NCBI GenBank assembly: GCA_964016885.1
Contig: OZ024742.1
Location: 298,034,001 to 298,098,000, forward strand
Direction: 5' to 3'
DNA length: 64,000 nucleotides
DNA from: Eledone cirrhosa
Lineage: Eukaryota
Made by a program: the position numbers and the translations under genes. Positions 37,007-52,894 of the stretch are shown here, piece by piece (the stretch's first letter is position 1; every line of letters begins with the position of its first letter). The notes beneath the pieces were generated by a model, which made no database searches, was not told where the DNA came from, and saw nothing but the letters and a program-made list of their open reading frames with translations.

Positions 37007-37470
37007 TGGTGGGTGCCAACTCGTTTTCGAGTACGGCCACTACTTTATATCCATGTAGGAGAACTCCTACCGATGCGCTGAACAAGTGTGACTTTTTAGT
37101 CCAGACAGCGACTTGAAAACTCTGGTACAAACACTACACTTGTGACAATTATTGACACATAGTGCTGGGCCCATGGTACCATGTGACGAGAAGTGCAGAG
37201 AGATCTCCAGATATAAAGCAATGCCTGTGCCGTGAAGCTTTTATAGTGAGCAAAGGCACTGCACAAAGCCAGTCCCACTCTCTTAACCAAGATGATATTT
37301 ACCAAAAAGAAGAACAAGTCAACATCATTGGATACCATCAGGGTTGCAGGTGTTATATCAGAGTTTTACTTCTCCTAGAATTCTGCCTTGACAAAGGCTA
37401 AGGGGTCATCTCTCCCGGTGATTTTGGATGGCCATTGACTCTTAAGAGCTCCTTTGCCCTTTGACAGGTT
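37007..37470 (-). mobile_element. Degenerate 3' end of a LINE (probably RTE/BovB-like) with C-terminal C2H2-type zinc finger
   Basis: Minus frame [25 protein letters not shown], followed by a short UTR with hairpin ctcgaaaacgag and a TA run. Confidence 0.55.
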
Positions 37471-37490
37471 TTGTTTTTAGGCATATATAC

Positions 37491-37529
<39 letters not shown>

Positions 37530-37554
37530 CACATATATACATATATATATATAT

Positions 37555-37613
<59 letters not shown>

Positions 37614-37688
37614 CATTTATACATACAAATATATATATATATATATAAATTAATATGTATGTGATGAAACACAGATACCAACACATCT

Positions 37689-37727
<39 letters not shown>

Positions 37728-37744
37728 CATACATATATATATAT

Positions 37745-40460
37745 ATCATCATCATCATCACCGTTTTACGTCCGTTCTTCCACGCTAGCATGGGTTAGAC
37801 GGGTTGTCCTGTTGTGGGCAGTGTCTGGTCGGCTGACCATGCCTTGCTCATACAGGAACTGATCTGGCTTGATTTCTACAGCTGGATGCCCTTCCTAACA
37901 CCAACCTCATTTACAGTGAGTGCTGGGTGCTTTTTCGTGGCGCCTACACGTCCACTTTACAGTGTGGGCTGGGTGCTTTTTTGGCGTGGCACCTCCACGA
38001 CCACCTTGCGGTGGGGGGGGGGGGGCATATTGTTTATATGCTTCAGCATGTACCCATGGGAGGTCGGGTACCCTGTATTACTGCGTGACGCCAGAAGTCA
38101 CGGTCGTGTGTCATTGACTTTGAGAGGTGTAGTTGGGTAAGGTCGGCTTTTATCACCTCATCCCAAGTCATCTTGGGTCTCCCCACTCCGCGGTTTCCAT
38201 CAACTTCTAGTGCTCTGCACCTTTTTATGCAGCTGTCATCCTTCATACGCATCACATGTCCATACCAGCGTAACCGCCTCTCCTGCACGCAGCATTTGAT
38301 TCCTCTTATGCTCAGTCTCTCTCTCAATTCCTTTATGCTTTGTCGTTCACGTATATTACTGTTACACATCCATCGGAGCATGCAGGCTTCGTTTCTCTCT
38401 AATCTACGTAAGTCTTCCACCTTCAGCGCCCAGGTCTCACTACCATGCAACATCGCTGTTCGGATACACGCATCATACAGTCTGCCTTTCATTCTGAGGG
38501 AGAAGCCTTTTGCAGCTAGCAGTGGTAGTAGTTCCCTAAACTTCTTCCATCCCGTTCTTACCCTAGTTATTGTACTTTCTGAGCACCCACCTCCGTTGCT
38601 AATTCGGTCACCTAGGTAGCAGAAGCTGTCTACTGTTTCTACAGGGCCCTCCCAGAGATTGGTGGTACTTGTTTCCTGTGGCTGTTTGCTTGCTGTTTCA
38701 GCACAGCTGCTGCATGTGAATCCTACATTCTTAATTAAGCTTCCTGAGATCCCGCTACATCTCTTGTGTACCCATTGTTTGCATTTGGGGCAAAGAATGG
38801 AGTTCCTACCTACACCTTTCCTACATACTGAGCAAGGCCATTTCCCTGAGGGGATCTGGGTTCTGTTTTCTCGTCTACTTATAAGGACCTTAGTCTTTGT
38901 CATGTTGACTTTGAGGCCCTTTCTCTCTAGTCCCTGCTTCCAGGTTTGGAATTTATTCTCTAGTTCTACCATAGATTCAGCTATGAGTGCGAGGTCATCA
39001 GCATACAGGAGTTCCCATGGGCATCCGGTCTTAAACTCCTCCGTTATTGCCTGCAGGACTATGATGAACAGGAGAGGGCTAAGAACAGAGCCCTGGTGGA
39101 CCCCAACCTGTACGCTAAATTCCTCGCTATACTCATTGCCAATCCTAACTTTGCTGACTGCTCCCCTATACATGGCTTGTACCGCTTTCACAAGCCATTC
39201 ATCTACTCCTAGTTTTCTAAGAGCCCACCAGATTACTGCACGTGGAACTCTGTCAAAGGCTTTCTCAAGGTCGACAAATGCCAAGTAGAGTGGCTTACTT
39301 TTAGCTAGGTACTTTTCCTGTAATTGCCTCACAAGGAAGAGCGCATCAGTGGTGCCTTTCCCTGGTACAAACCCAAATTGCATCTCGTCTATATTCACCC
39401 GGTCCCTAATCAGCTGTGCTATAACTCTTTCTGTTACTTTCATGACCTGGTCCATCAACTTTATACCTCTATAGTTTCCTCTATCTAGTGCATCGCCTTT
39501 ACCTTTGTAGCAGTTGACAATGATGCTACTGCACCAATCTTTTGGTATGGCCCCCTCTAGTATTACCTGGTTAACGATACGTGTGGTTATAGTGTGACCT
39601 ACAGACCCAGATGCCTTCAGCATCTCGGCAGCTATACCCGATGGACCGGTTGCCTTCCCTATCTTCATATCTCTGATTGCCTTACTTACTACGCTGCCGC
39701 TGACTTGTACTGCTGGTCCCTCTATAGGGTCTACGTGGGGTAGGGTCTCTTCTTCCCATGCATTCTCCTCATTTAGTAATCTATCATAATGACTCTTCCA
39801 TGCATCTTTCTTCTCAGCACTTGTGAGGGCAAGCTCACCTTTATCATTCCGGATACACTTCTCTCCAATGACATCACAACTATCTCTGACACACTGCCTC
39901 GCAATCTTGAATACCTCCTGTTTCTGGTCCTCACGTTGTAAAACATGCTTGTATTTTCTATCCTCTGCTTCCCTCCTAGCTAAGTATACTTGTCGCCTAG
40001 CTTCCCTCTTGGTCTCTATGTAATGTACCCTGCTCCCCCCGTTCTTCCATTCTTTCCATGCCTGTCTCTTGGCCTTGACTGCTTCATCTACCTTATTGTT
40101 CCACCACCAAGTCACTCTCCTCCTGCTTGAGGTCTTACTCCAGCCACAAACCTCATCCGTCGCCTCTAGTAAGTTATTTTTTAGGAACTCCCAGTTCTCT
40201 TCTACGTTAAATGTCTCTATCTGTTCTTCTTTACTGTCGTAGGCGTTGAGTAAAATATCTTTAAATCTGTTACTGGTTGAGGGGACTTTCAGCTTCCAGA
40301 TCTTTCTTCTCCAGGTTGGCCTCTGTTTCAGGGCTCGTCTAGTTCTGACCGTGAGGTCGCTGACAACTAAGCTATGTTGGGATGTACATTCCTCACTAGG
40401 GAAGGCTTTTGTGTTTACGACCGTCCATCTGTCACGTCCTCTGATGAGGATAAAATCTAT
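37745..40460 (-). mobile_element. RTE subfamily B copy B1 (longest copy; includes the end of the APE endonuclease)
   Basis: Uninterrupted frame from IDFILIR...SQHSLVVSDL through RT (YADD) and PHD finger to the stop at 38043; 3' UTR and (CAT)n tail; (TA)n on both sides. Confidence 0.95.
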
Positions 40461-40649
40461 ATATATATATATAATATACATAAAATATATATATATATAT
40501 ATAATATACATGTCCAGAAATAGCCATCGAAATGGCTTGAGCTCTGCCGTCGGGGTCATACTTGTTCCTATTACCCACTCTACTACCCTAAATATTGAGT
40601 ACTTTGGTGCGTTATGGTCCATCTGGTTCCTTACCACAATTCCTTCAGT

Positions 40650-40686
<37 letters not shown>

Positions 40687-40691
40687 TATAT

Positions 40692-41105
40692 CAGTGGCGA
40701 AGGGTAACCTGGAAAGCAGGGCATGCAGTGCAATCGCGATGGTGAAAAGTGGGGCTGAGCAGCCTTACGCCCCCCCCCCCCCCAATTCCCTCTAAATAAC
40801 CCTCCCGGTCAAAGCCGGTCAAAGCCGCATGTAGTGTTATCTACTGTGTGTGTGTGTGTGTGTTATCTTTTTATCTACGATTTAGTAAGCAGTCAAAATT
40901 CTGCTTGCCCCAAAGCTGTCGTGTGTTTGTGTGTATGTGTGTGTGTGTGTTTGTGTGTATGTGTGTGTGTTTATGTGTATGTGTGTGTGTGTGTTATCTT
41001 TTTTTGTGTCTACGTTTTAGTAAGCAACCAAAATTCTGCTTGCTTCAACCGACGCAATTGATCAACTCAAGATTCTATAATGCATGCACGGACCCTTCGC
41101 CCGTG
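40692..41105. mobile_element. MITE with ~14-bp TIRs (possibly hAT-like) in a TA tract
   Basis: cagtggcgaagggt ... acccttcgcccgtg, with an internal duplicated unit (ttagtaagca..caaaattctgcttg) and (TG)n. Confidence 0.6.
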
Positions 41106-41106
41106 G

Positions 41107-41137
<31 letters not shown>

Positions 41138-41291
41138 TTGCAACAACGCAGCACGCCATTTTTTCATTTATATATACACACATATATATATATATATACA
41201 TATATATATACATATATATACACATGTATATATACATGTATATATATATACATGTATAATAATACATGTATATATATATATATATATACAT

Positions 41292-43012
<1,721 letters not shown>

Positions 43013-43021
43013 ATATATCAT

Positions 43022-43211
43022 AAAGCACCCAGAACTCACTGGAAATGAGGTTGGTGTTAGGAAGGGCATCCAGCTGTAGAAACCAAGCCAAAATCAGTTC
43101 TGTATGAGCAAGGCATGGTCACTGGACCTAGCATTGCCCACAACAGGACAACCGGTTTAACCCATGCTAGCATGGAAGAATGAACGTAAAACGGTGATGA
43201 TGATGATGATA
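43022..43211 (+). mobile_element. Older subfamily-B-like 3' tail in tandem after B2
   Basis: Diverged copy of 42818-43010 ending in (GAT)n. Confidence 0.85.
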
Positions 43212-43366
43212 TATCTTTCACAATGGTATCATGAGTTGTTTCAAATATATTTGCGTATATATATATATATATATATATAGTAATAATAATAAATTTGAAA
43301 ACTAAAATCCAAAGAGGGTTCGATAAGGATAAATATATATCAAATATATAAGAACCGTAGAGCAAG

Positions 43367-43494
43367 TATTTATTAAAATAACAGATTAAAGTTTAAACAA
43401 AGAATTGCTGCTTTCACCCTTAACGGAATCTTCAGAAGATCCCGTTAAGGGTGAAAGCAGCGATTCTTTGCTTAAACTTTAATTTGTTATTTTA

Positions 43495-43502
<8 letters not shown>
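43367..43502. repeat. ~67-bp-arm near-perfect palindrome folded at a hammerhead-like core
   Basis: Arms meet at atcttc-a-gaagat. The minus strand reads CUGAAGA uUCC guuaa GGGu GAAA gcagc, then AAUAAA. Confidence 0.8.
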
Positions 43503-43556
<54 letters not shown>

Positions 43557-44153
43557 TTTGCTGCATCATGTGTTGTTTCAACTCTATTGGCATACATATA
43601 TCATTCACTGCATCATCATAACTCCCTCTATATAAACCTCTTAATAAATAACTGATAGATATTGTTAAAATCGATGTCAGGGAAAACATTTCCTGTGAAA
43701 ATGTATCTCATACAATGCTACCAATCTCCATTTAATATATAAGTACAAATATTAAATTCAAGAAAAGTAGATTTTATGTCCTGAGATTTCTCCAAAGCAT
43801 TCTACAAATGTAATTAAAAACCTGCCTGAATCTGAAATAATCATTCAATTTACTGGATTTATAGATAAACCTTGTAGAAAATAAAGTAAAATTCCATGAA
43901 CCATGGATAGATGAGAAGAAAATATTTTCTCATGAAAAAAATATATATATACATATATATATAAAGATTCAATATCACTCCGTGCAGATTTTAACATGTC
44001 TTCTATTTGGAATGAGATAGTAGAATATCACATTTAGCAATCATGATAGTGCTGTGTGGTTAAAATGTTTGCTTTGAAGCCACATGGTTTTAGGTTCAGT
44101 GCCATGTCAGTGAAAATTGGTAAATGGAAATCATGAGAAAGTCTGTTGTGTAT

Positions 44154-44184
<31 letters not shown>

Positions 44185-45539
44185 AATCAAATATAATGGA
44201 ATGAGTAGGAAATGAGACAAACACAACCATATACAAGTGAGTAAAAAATATAACAATAACAATGGAAATTCCGATCTTATATTCCAGTATGTAAAAAACA
44301 TTTTCTGCATCTTTCTAGTTCAATGGAGATGAGTGATATATGCAATACTTTAAAAAAAATGAAAATTCAACATGTGTTAGCATCAGATTTGTATCTGGCC
44401 ATAGAAAAACTGCATTAAAAATGTTTCATCTAACCCATACTAGCATAGAAAAGTGGACATTAAAATGATGATTATACATCAAATGTAACTTAAATATACA
44501 AATGTTTTATAAAAATATTTGAGTGAGATTCCATATGTGTTGGTCATTACAGCAATATTGATCCAATATTGATATTTTTTCCAATCGGTTACGATTTTGT
44601 AAGTAGATGTGATTAATTCATTATGTTGACACAATTTGTTTCTATATCTTCAACTGCAATCAGAAAACTACAGTAGTCTTTACTCCTTTGAACTAGTAAA
44701 TGTTTTGGATGCACTGGCCTACTAAACTAATATCAACGATTTTTGACTATATCTTGCCACCTTGGTCTTGTGTTCTGCTCCACACTTCTCCTCATCACTT
44801 TCTACACAAAGCAGCAACTGTTTTACCTTGTCGTTTTTGCCTGATTAATTCAGGAAAGCATTGCCAAGATTATTGTTGTCTATACATTTATTTTGCTGTT
44901 TTCTTTTCCAGATTAAATTGATAAATATAATTGATAATATCTTTTTCATTGATTTTTTGTCCTGATGCTTAGAATTGGGGTCACATACATGGCATGGGGT
45001 GAAGATTCAAAGGGTTAACTCTGTGCCATCTAAGCCCATTGCATAATGTAACTACTTCTATACCCACTTTCAATTATGTGGTCTATTGCTTCTTAATTCT
45101 GTTGCCAACCCACCTGAAGCCAGCTGTGATTTTATGATAAAAGAAATCTTTGTTTTATAGTGTTTATATTTGTCTAAAAACATTCCATTACAATTTTATG
45201 TAAGAACATTTATTAAGTTATGTTCCAAAGACCAGATAAAAATTTAGTTGCTTTACTAAATTCCTATGAATTTTCGATAATTTTCAGAATTAGTTGTGAA
45301 TTATAGCTTGAGAAATATAATACCAAAAGGGTTAAATATTTTTTCCAGTCTTTCAATTCCTGAACTCGATCCTTCTGAAATAGTCATCTGGCACATATTT
45401 CTGTTACAACTATTAACCATCTACAGTTCAAATTGAATACTGATTACATAGACCTCACATAAATTGGCCAGCTCTTTAATCTAACTTGATATCTGCAGCA
45501 ACATTAATAGTCTATTGTTATGTGCATGTCTATATGTGT

Positions 45540-45587
<48 letters not shown>

Positions 45588-45663
45588 GTGTGTGTGTATG
45601 AAGATGGATTGTCCCGCCAAGTACTCAGTAACAAAGGGTGAAATACAAAGTCCGATAAAAATA

Positions 45664-46555
45664 CAGGGTGCGGACAATATTTGTTCACAATTTTCAACTG
45701 CTAATTTTATGCAAATTTTTCTTACTTCCGTTGTTACTCTTGTCTTCATAAAAACAGTGACTATATTTCCATTATTTATTTTCAGAATAATTGATTATGA
45801 ATAATTTTGAACCTCCAAATTTGTGGAAGAGACACGGAGTTCTTCTTGGAATACGCGCCGGGAGGACAAATAAGACCAGAAGATCAACTCCCAGAACAAC
45901 AGGTGGCTCGCTGTCTCATCCAAAGACGTGCCCAGAGTCATGCAGACAAAGTTTCCAGCGACAACATTGGTCTTAGGTGTCGTTAGCAGTCAAGGTGACA
46001 TCATGCCACCTCACTTCTTCCCTGAGGGCCTCAAGCTGAACTCCGATGGCTACATCTGCATTCTGAGTGAGGTAGTAAAGCCCTGGATCGTCCAGGTAGC
46101 TGCAGGTAGGCCATACATGTGGCAGCAAGATTCAGCACCCTGCCATACCAGCCGAAAGACCCAAGCTTGGCTGTCAGAGAACTTCGTCGACCACACTTCA
46201 CCTGACATCTGGCCTCCCAGCTCGCCTGACTGCAACCCCCTCAACTTCTTTGTGTGGGGCACAGTGGAACGAGACACCAACAGATCTAGCTGCAATACAA
46301 AAGATGATCTGAAGGCCAGGATCACAAGTGCCTTTAGGGGCCTAAGTCGGGGGACAGTGACGAAGGCTTGTAGCTGGTTCCGAGGCCACCTTGAGGCCGT
46401 CATCAAAGCCAATGGCGGGTTTATCAAGTGAGGTCGAAAGAACAAGTCATGAAGACAAACTGACCCAAGTTTGATAAATAAATCTTAAAAAATACAACTA
46501 CTGTGTTATTTTTTCCTAGACAGTAATCTTGCGAACACATATCGTCCGCACCCTG
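45664..46555 (+). mobile_element. Internally deleted maT/DD37D Tc1-mariner element
   Basis: TA|cagggtgcggac ... gtccgcaccctg|TA. ORF 45928-46431 has WQQDSAPCH, then 37 residues to SPDCNPL(N), the third Asp being mutated. The N-terminus at 45797 is joined across a deletion. Confidence 0.9.
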
Positions 46556-46669
46556 TAAATAACTTTGCCTTTCATCCTTACGGGGTCGATAAAATAAAGT
46601 ACCAGTAATACACTGGGATAATTGCTGGTCTTGTGCTAAAAGTAGAAACAATTATTATATATATATATC

Positions 46670-46701
<32 letters not shown>

Positions 46702-48107
46702 TTAAAGTCTATCTTCCACGCTAGCATGAGTTAGATGATATCTGCAGCAACATTAATAGTCTATTGTTATGTGCATATCTATATGTGTGTTTGTGTGTGT
46801 CTGTGTGTGCATGTGTCTCATGTTGTTACTCTAGGTAGCCAGTGACAGCCATTTATGTTGTTCTGTTTAGTGACCTGATGAGTGAAAATCAATATGATAA
46901 GAATCTTATGTTCCAAACTTCAGACCCTGAGCAAGACAGTTGGATAACATCCATGGGCTTGGCTGGTCTTGCTTAGGGATCCAGCCAGATCAGATGGAGA
47001 CAGTTGCTTCTGACTGGACCCGCTGGAAGGAGTTTTTAAGAACTCTCAGTGTTGACCCTCTCAGGAATAAGTGGGCAAAGAAGAAAAAGAAGCTGTGAAT
47101 AATAGATTGTTTTTATGAGAAATATAGTATAGTAAGAAAAGTGTTAAGTAGTTTTTTTCTAGACTTCCAATTCCTGAACTAGAACTTAAAAATATATAAA
47201 GGTTAGTGCTAGAAGGAGTATCTGGCCAATAGATGCCATGCTATAACATGATGCCTCAACTCCTGATTGAGTTATAGGGGAGCTGTAGTGATGTACAGTG
47301 TTTCTAAAAAATTTAAATTAGGTGGAGTACACACCTCTCCAGATCAGAACACTGCCAAATTTTTGCAGAGAAAGAAAAAAGGAGGAATAAGAGAGTAGAA
47401 GTTAAAAAGAGATATAGAGGAAGAAGCAACTCCAGTAGTGGAGTGATACTATTTTTATTGACCTTGAATGAATGAAAGGCAAAGTTGAGATTGGCATGAT
47501 TTGAACTCAGTGTGGAGAAAACAGGAGTGAATACTGCAATGCATTCAATCTGATGTTCTAATGACTTTGCCAATTTGCCAGCCATAGGATTCTGCATCAA
47601 CAATATTTCATCCAAACTATGTCAATATGGAAATGAAAAAATGTAGATGTAAAAATGGTGGTTATGGTAATGATGATGATGATTCTAAATTTAAAGCTAG
47701 AAATAAATAAATTAATATTATTCCATCAGGATTATAATAAAATATATTGATGTAATGATAACAATTTGAAGAACGTAAAACAAAATCAGCAGCACTTATG
47801 AATACAAAACATTAAAACTGCCAATTATCTTAATCGGCAGGCTAATAATTAAGAATCTTGTTAATGAATAACAAATATCCTATGTATTAACCAAACTTTA
47901 TTCCTCAATTTTCAAGAAAATGCAGTCAGGAATAATAGAAAATCCATCAAAACTCATTTTAAATAACAATAATTTAGCAATATATATATTCCAATTAAAT
48001 GTAATGTAAATTTAATGGAGCCCTAATTGGTTCATACTGAAGAAGCACATCATGGATGAATTAGCAACTGTATGTGAATATTAGAGAAATAAATCATTAA
48101 GCTGATA

Positions 48108-48240
48108 CATCATCATCATCATCATCATCACCGTTTTACGTCCGTTCTTCCACGCTAGCATGGGTTAGACGGGTTGTCCTGTTGTGGGCAGTGTCTGGTC
48201 GGCTGACCATGCCTTGCTCATACAGGAACTGATCTGGCTT
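48108..48240 (-). mobile_element. Short RTE subfamily B tail copy
   Basis: By eye identical to 37747-37870. Confidence 0.9.
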
Positions 48241-48556
48241 AAATAACATGATTAAATAAATGTTAAATGAATTTAATATGGTGTGCTGAATTCATTAACA
48301 AGGGAAACTTTCCAGCAAGTCTTCTCTCCATTGCAGAAAAACAACTGAATAACTAATAAGAAAAAAGCTGTAATAGACTACTAACAAGTGTTAGGTTGGC
48401 TGTCTTTGACATTTAGTATCTAAGGTTTGATAAAAACAGTTGTTTAGTAGCGAAAACAAAGTATTGTTAGAATGAACTGAATCTGGAAGTTTATAGTTAA
48501 AGTCTTTCTTCAGCTAAAGTCTTTTTTCATCTGATCAGATTTCATTGACTGGGGGT

Positions 48557-48785
48557 TTAACCTCTTAGCATTTAAACTGGCCATATCTGGCCAGAATTCT
48601 GTCAGCTCTTTTTGTTCAAACTGGCCATAACTGGCTGCTCATACTTATATTAAGGTATTGTTCTCAAAATAAATACTATCAAAATCTTGTAGATTCGATA
48701 TTGTGTGAAATAATTATGTGAAATAAAGTGTTTACTGTAAAAATACAATAGTAAATATAGAGTTATGTAAATGCAAAAGGGTTAA
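48557..48785. mobile_element. TTAA-flanked MITE (piggyBac-like); second copy ~50978-51193
   Basis: ttaa|cctcttagcattta ... taaatgcaaaaggg|ttaa. Confidence 0.65.
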
Positions 48786-49074
48786 GGCTTCTTATACAGA
48801 ATGTTAGCCTGCTGCTAAATCTCAGCTGCTGCTAGTGGTACTCAGTTTCAGCTAACTACAATGAAGAATGTAAAATGAAGTGCTTTGCTCAAGGATACAA
48901 GGCTGTACCTAATCCTAGGATTGAATCCACCATTTTACAATCGTGAAGCCAACATCCTATTTACTTGGTCATGCATCTTCATTGTTTATAGGAGCTATTA
49001 AAACTAAGTTAAATTAACAACAAGAAAATAATTTAATTTTAATAGAAATGTTATGTGTATCATCTAGTTTAGAA

Positions 49075-49475
49075 TAATAATTTCTGATTTAGGCACAAGA
49101 CCAACAATTTTGGGGGAGGATAAAGACAATTAAATCGACCACAGTACATTACTGGTACTTTATTTTATCAACCCCCATAAGGATGAAAGGTAAAGTTAAC
49201 CTCAGAAAGTAAAGAACCATAACTATGTTTTGCAAAGCATGTTGTCTTACGCTCTCCCAATACTAGAATAATGATTTCTACTTTAGGCACAAGGCCAACA
49301 ATTTCATGAGAGGGGGAAGTCGATTAAATCGACCCCAGTACATTACTGGTACTTTATTTTATCAACTCCATAAGGATGAAAGGTAAAGTTAACCTCAATG
49401 AAATTTGAACTCAGAACATAAGGCAGAGTAACTATATTCTGCAAAGCATGTTGTCCGATGTTTCACCAATAGCCA
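49075..49475 (-). mobile_element. Two tandem copies of the 16735-type tRNA SINE
   Basis: Repeated aggcacaag.ccaacaattt...aattaaatcgacc...ggatgaaaggtaaagttaacctc. Confidence 0.75.
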
Positions 49476-50075
49476 ATACTAGAATAATAGGAAGTGTCTA
49501 GAAGAGTTGGTGCCAGAATGGGAGAAATGGACTGAAATTGCTTGCTGCTGCATTATATATGGAAAAAACAAAATAAGTTGAAAGCAAAAAATCAATCAAG
49601 TGACTAGTTGTTGAAACAGAATGGATTTTTATGCTAAATTAATTAAATATAGTCTATTTCTCTTAATTAATGAAGAGGTTTGAGGGATTTATTAAATTTA
49701 TTATTTATTTCATTACCAAGATAGTAACCTAACATATGGTTCTTATATCAAATTATGGAATCCATTAAAATGGGGTGTTTTGGTTCATAGAACAAGAGCT
49801 GGTTTTGGCCAGATTCGTATCAAAAGGGTTAAAGAGAACATATTGAAACAAATGCCTTGTAATGTAATGGAACGCTCAAATGGTAAATGGCTTGGAAAAT
49901 ATTTCCTTTTCTTTCATAAATCTTACAAATAGCTATACTATATTTAATCCTATATTTCTTCATATTCTGTATTTATGTATGCATATGTGCATGTTCATGT
50001 AGGTGTGGATGCATGTGTATATATATATATATATGTATATATATGTATATATATATATATATGTATATATATATG

Positions 50076-50168
<93 letters not shown>

Positions 50169-50199
50169 ATGTATATATATATATATATATATATGTATA

Positions 50200-50230
<31 letters not shown>

Positions 50231-50466
50231 GTATATATATGTATATATATATATGTATGTATATATATATATATATATGTATGCATGTAAACCTCTTTGT
50301 AAGCTTATTCATTTGCTTGCAGCACATATTTTAGTATTCATATATACATAAACTTGTCTGTTTACATACACACACACGCTATACATATATGTATATATAT
50401 ACATATATACACACACACACACACACACATATATATACACATATATATATATACACACATATATAT

Positions 50467-50504
<38 letters not shown>

Positions 50505-52894
50505 GATCCATTCTATACACATGGAAGCTGCCAAATTCTATCCATCAACAATTTACATCAGAGGCGACAGGTTGCTACAACAACAATACTCTAAAATACA
50601 CAATAACTGCTTTAGTTCATGCACATCCTGCACACTGTCGCCTACATCTAAATTGCAGCCAGTCTTCCTGGCTACTTGCCAATGGTTTCTCTCAAATTTG
50701 CATGGGCCAAGAAAGAAGCCTCTATGTAGTCACATGAACTGTTAGATATAGCAGACAAATATCCTTCAAAACACACCCTACTCATTTAAAAAGGATAGGA
50801 CACCTTAAACTCTTTAGTTCTAGTTTAATACAGTCAATTCAAAAACCGAAATTATCCAAGCAATTATAAAGAAAAACTCCCTCAGCAGTGTTTAAAATCT
50901 AAAAATAAGATTGCCACTTTTAATTAATTACAATAAGATCAAATTCATATTTATGGACAATATAGATAATGCATATTGGAGCATTTAAACCGGCCATATC
51001 CTGCCAGAATTCTCACATTTCTTTCTGTTCAAACTGGCTGTAACCGGCCACTTATACTTATGTTAAGGTATTGTTCGCAAAATAAATAATATCAAAATCT
51101 CATAGAGATGATATTATATGAGATAATTATGAAGTAAAGCCTTTACCAAGAAGATATAATAGTATATATAGAATGTAAATGCTAAAGGGTTAAAGCAACA
51201 GCCATGCTTCAGTCTTATTGGAAAACCCAGGCAAGTATATTCTAAGGTGCAAAAACTAAAACTAATGAATATATATATATTCATTAGTTTTAGTTTTTTC
51301 ACCATATATATATACATATATATAAATATGAGGAATGTAGTGGTGCACATTATAAATATCAATAATGTAACTGAGAATAAATATTTCTGAAGAATATCCT
51401 TGAGATAAGCATAGATGGATTACCTTAAATTACAAGTATGATCAATCAGAGCTGACATGGAGCTAAACAACAACAAACGTTATGGAATCCTTCAACCAAT
51501 CAACTCCAACCAGGAAGGCCTTGCCAACATTTCTGTTGTGAGTGTCCATATTTGTTGCCCACTTTGCTTATGTCAAATATGTAAGTATTGAAGGCATGTG
51601 GCCTAGTGTTTAGGGTGTTGGACTTACGGTCATAATGTTCTGGGTTTGATCTTTTGATTGGGTTATTTGTAGTGTTGCTAAGCAAAAATACATTCTTTCA
51701 TGTTGCTCAAGTATACTCAGCAGTAGCTGGAGATTTACCTCTGTAATGGACTGGTGTCCTGTCCACAGGGTAATCATCTACTCTGTTGCTTAACCTCAAG
51801 GAGACTGGGATAATGGATGCTTAGGTTTGAGAGAGAGACTTTAGAATTTAGACAATAAAACCCTAGAATTAATCTTCTCCTCCTTCTTCACCAACCTCAC
51901 TACTAGAAACACCAAGTGTAAAAACTCCTTCAGTCACTTCAACCATTAGTGTGCTCCACATTTAGTTCCTTTCCTCACCAAACTCATCATCTGTTTCTCT
52001 TTCTCCAGGAATCTATCCTTGACTATTATATATTATAATGCTGGTGTGTTCTGTCAACAATAAGCGCAACTTCTGTGCATGAAGAAGGAGCCCAGGGAGG
52101 TGGAATGGCTAATGCAGTGAGTATTACTGGCAGCTCTCTACAGCATCGCTTTTGTTATCTCATCTGGAGAGTGCAGATGAGATATACCATCTAGAAAAGA
52201 GTGTTTAATATACACCCTCCCTATTTATTTTTCATCTTTTTCTTTTTTTTCTATAAATTGTGTTAGAAAATTCAAACACAAATAGAAGTTAAGTTAACAA
52301 CAATGCAGTGATGGGTTTTCTACTGTTTATAAACCACTTTAAGATGTGTCTCTGTGCATGTATCTTTGTCAACATTTGTATAGATGGTTGTTAACATTTC
52401 AAAATTTGAAATGTTCAGGAATAAACTTGTAAGAAATAAATAAGTAAATAAAGGACATGTTACTGAAAATTCAAGACATACATTTAGTAAATATTTGTAC
52501 ATTATAATTTTTACTGTCATTTCTCTTTCATAAACAAATACAAATAAATCATTTGTGATATGCTGATGTGCAAAAGTATTTAAAGTGTTGACAATATTAA
52601 CTGCCTGACATTGTTTTAGAAAGAAAAAAATTACTATTCTGCACAAATGTGAATTAAATTCAAATTAAAATTTACATGAATAAGTAGGTCTGTAGATTTT
52701 CAGAAAATTGTATTTTGTATAAGTTATATATATTTTTATATAAGTTTTATATAGAAAGCTTGGCTGCATAGTTTGTGAGCAAATGTCTTCCACCATAGTC
52801 TCAGGCTGATGAATGACTTGTGCCAAATTTGGTTGACAGAGACTGTGCAGAAGTCCATCACCTGTATGGGTATATATATGTATATATATATATA

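Noticed and set aside
40461-40733. N-terminal extension of the 896-aa ORF, suggesting a full-length or fusion protein
   Set aside because: It reads through TA tracts and unrelated inserts; the LINE itself is truncated at ~40460 within the endonuclease.
48032-48076. Additional hammerhead-like strings (also ~15884, ~51387, ~53750, ~54280 and 3455)
   Set aside because: Each has a CUGA-like core but GAAA or the stems are missing or mismatched; too degenerate to support.
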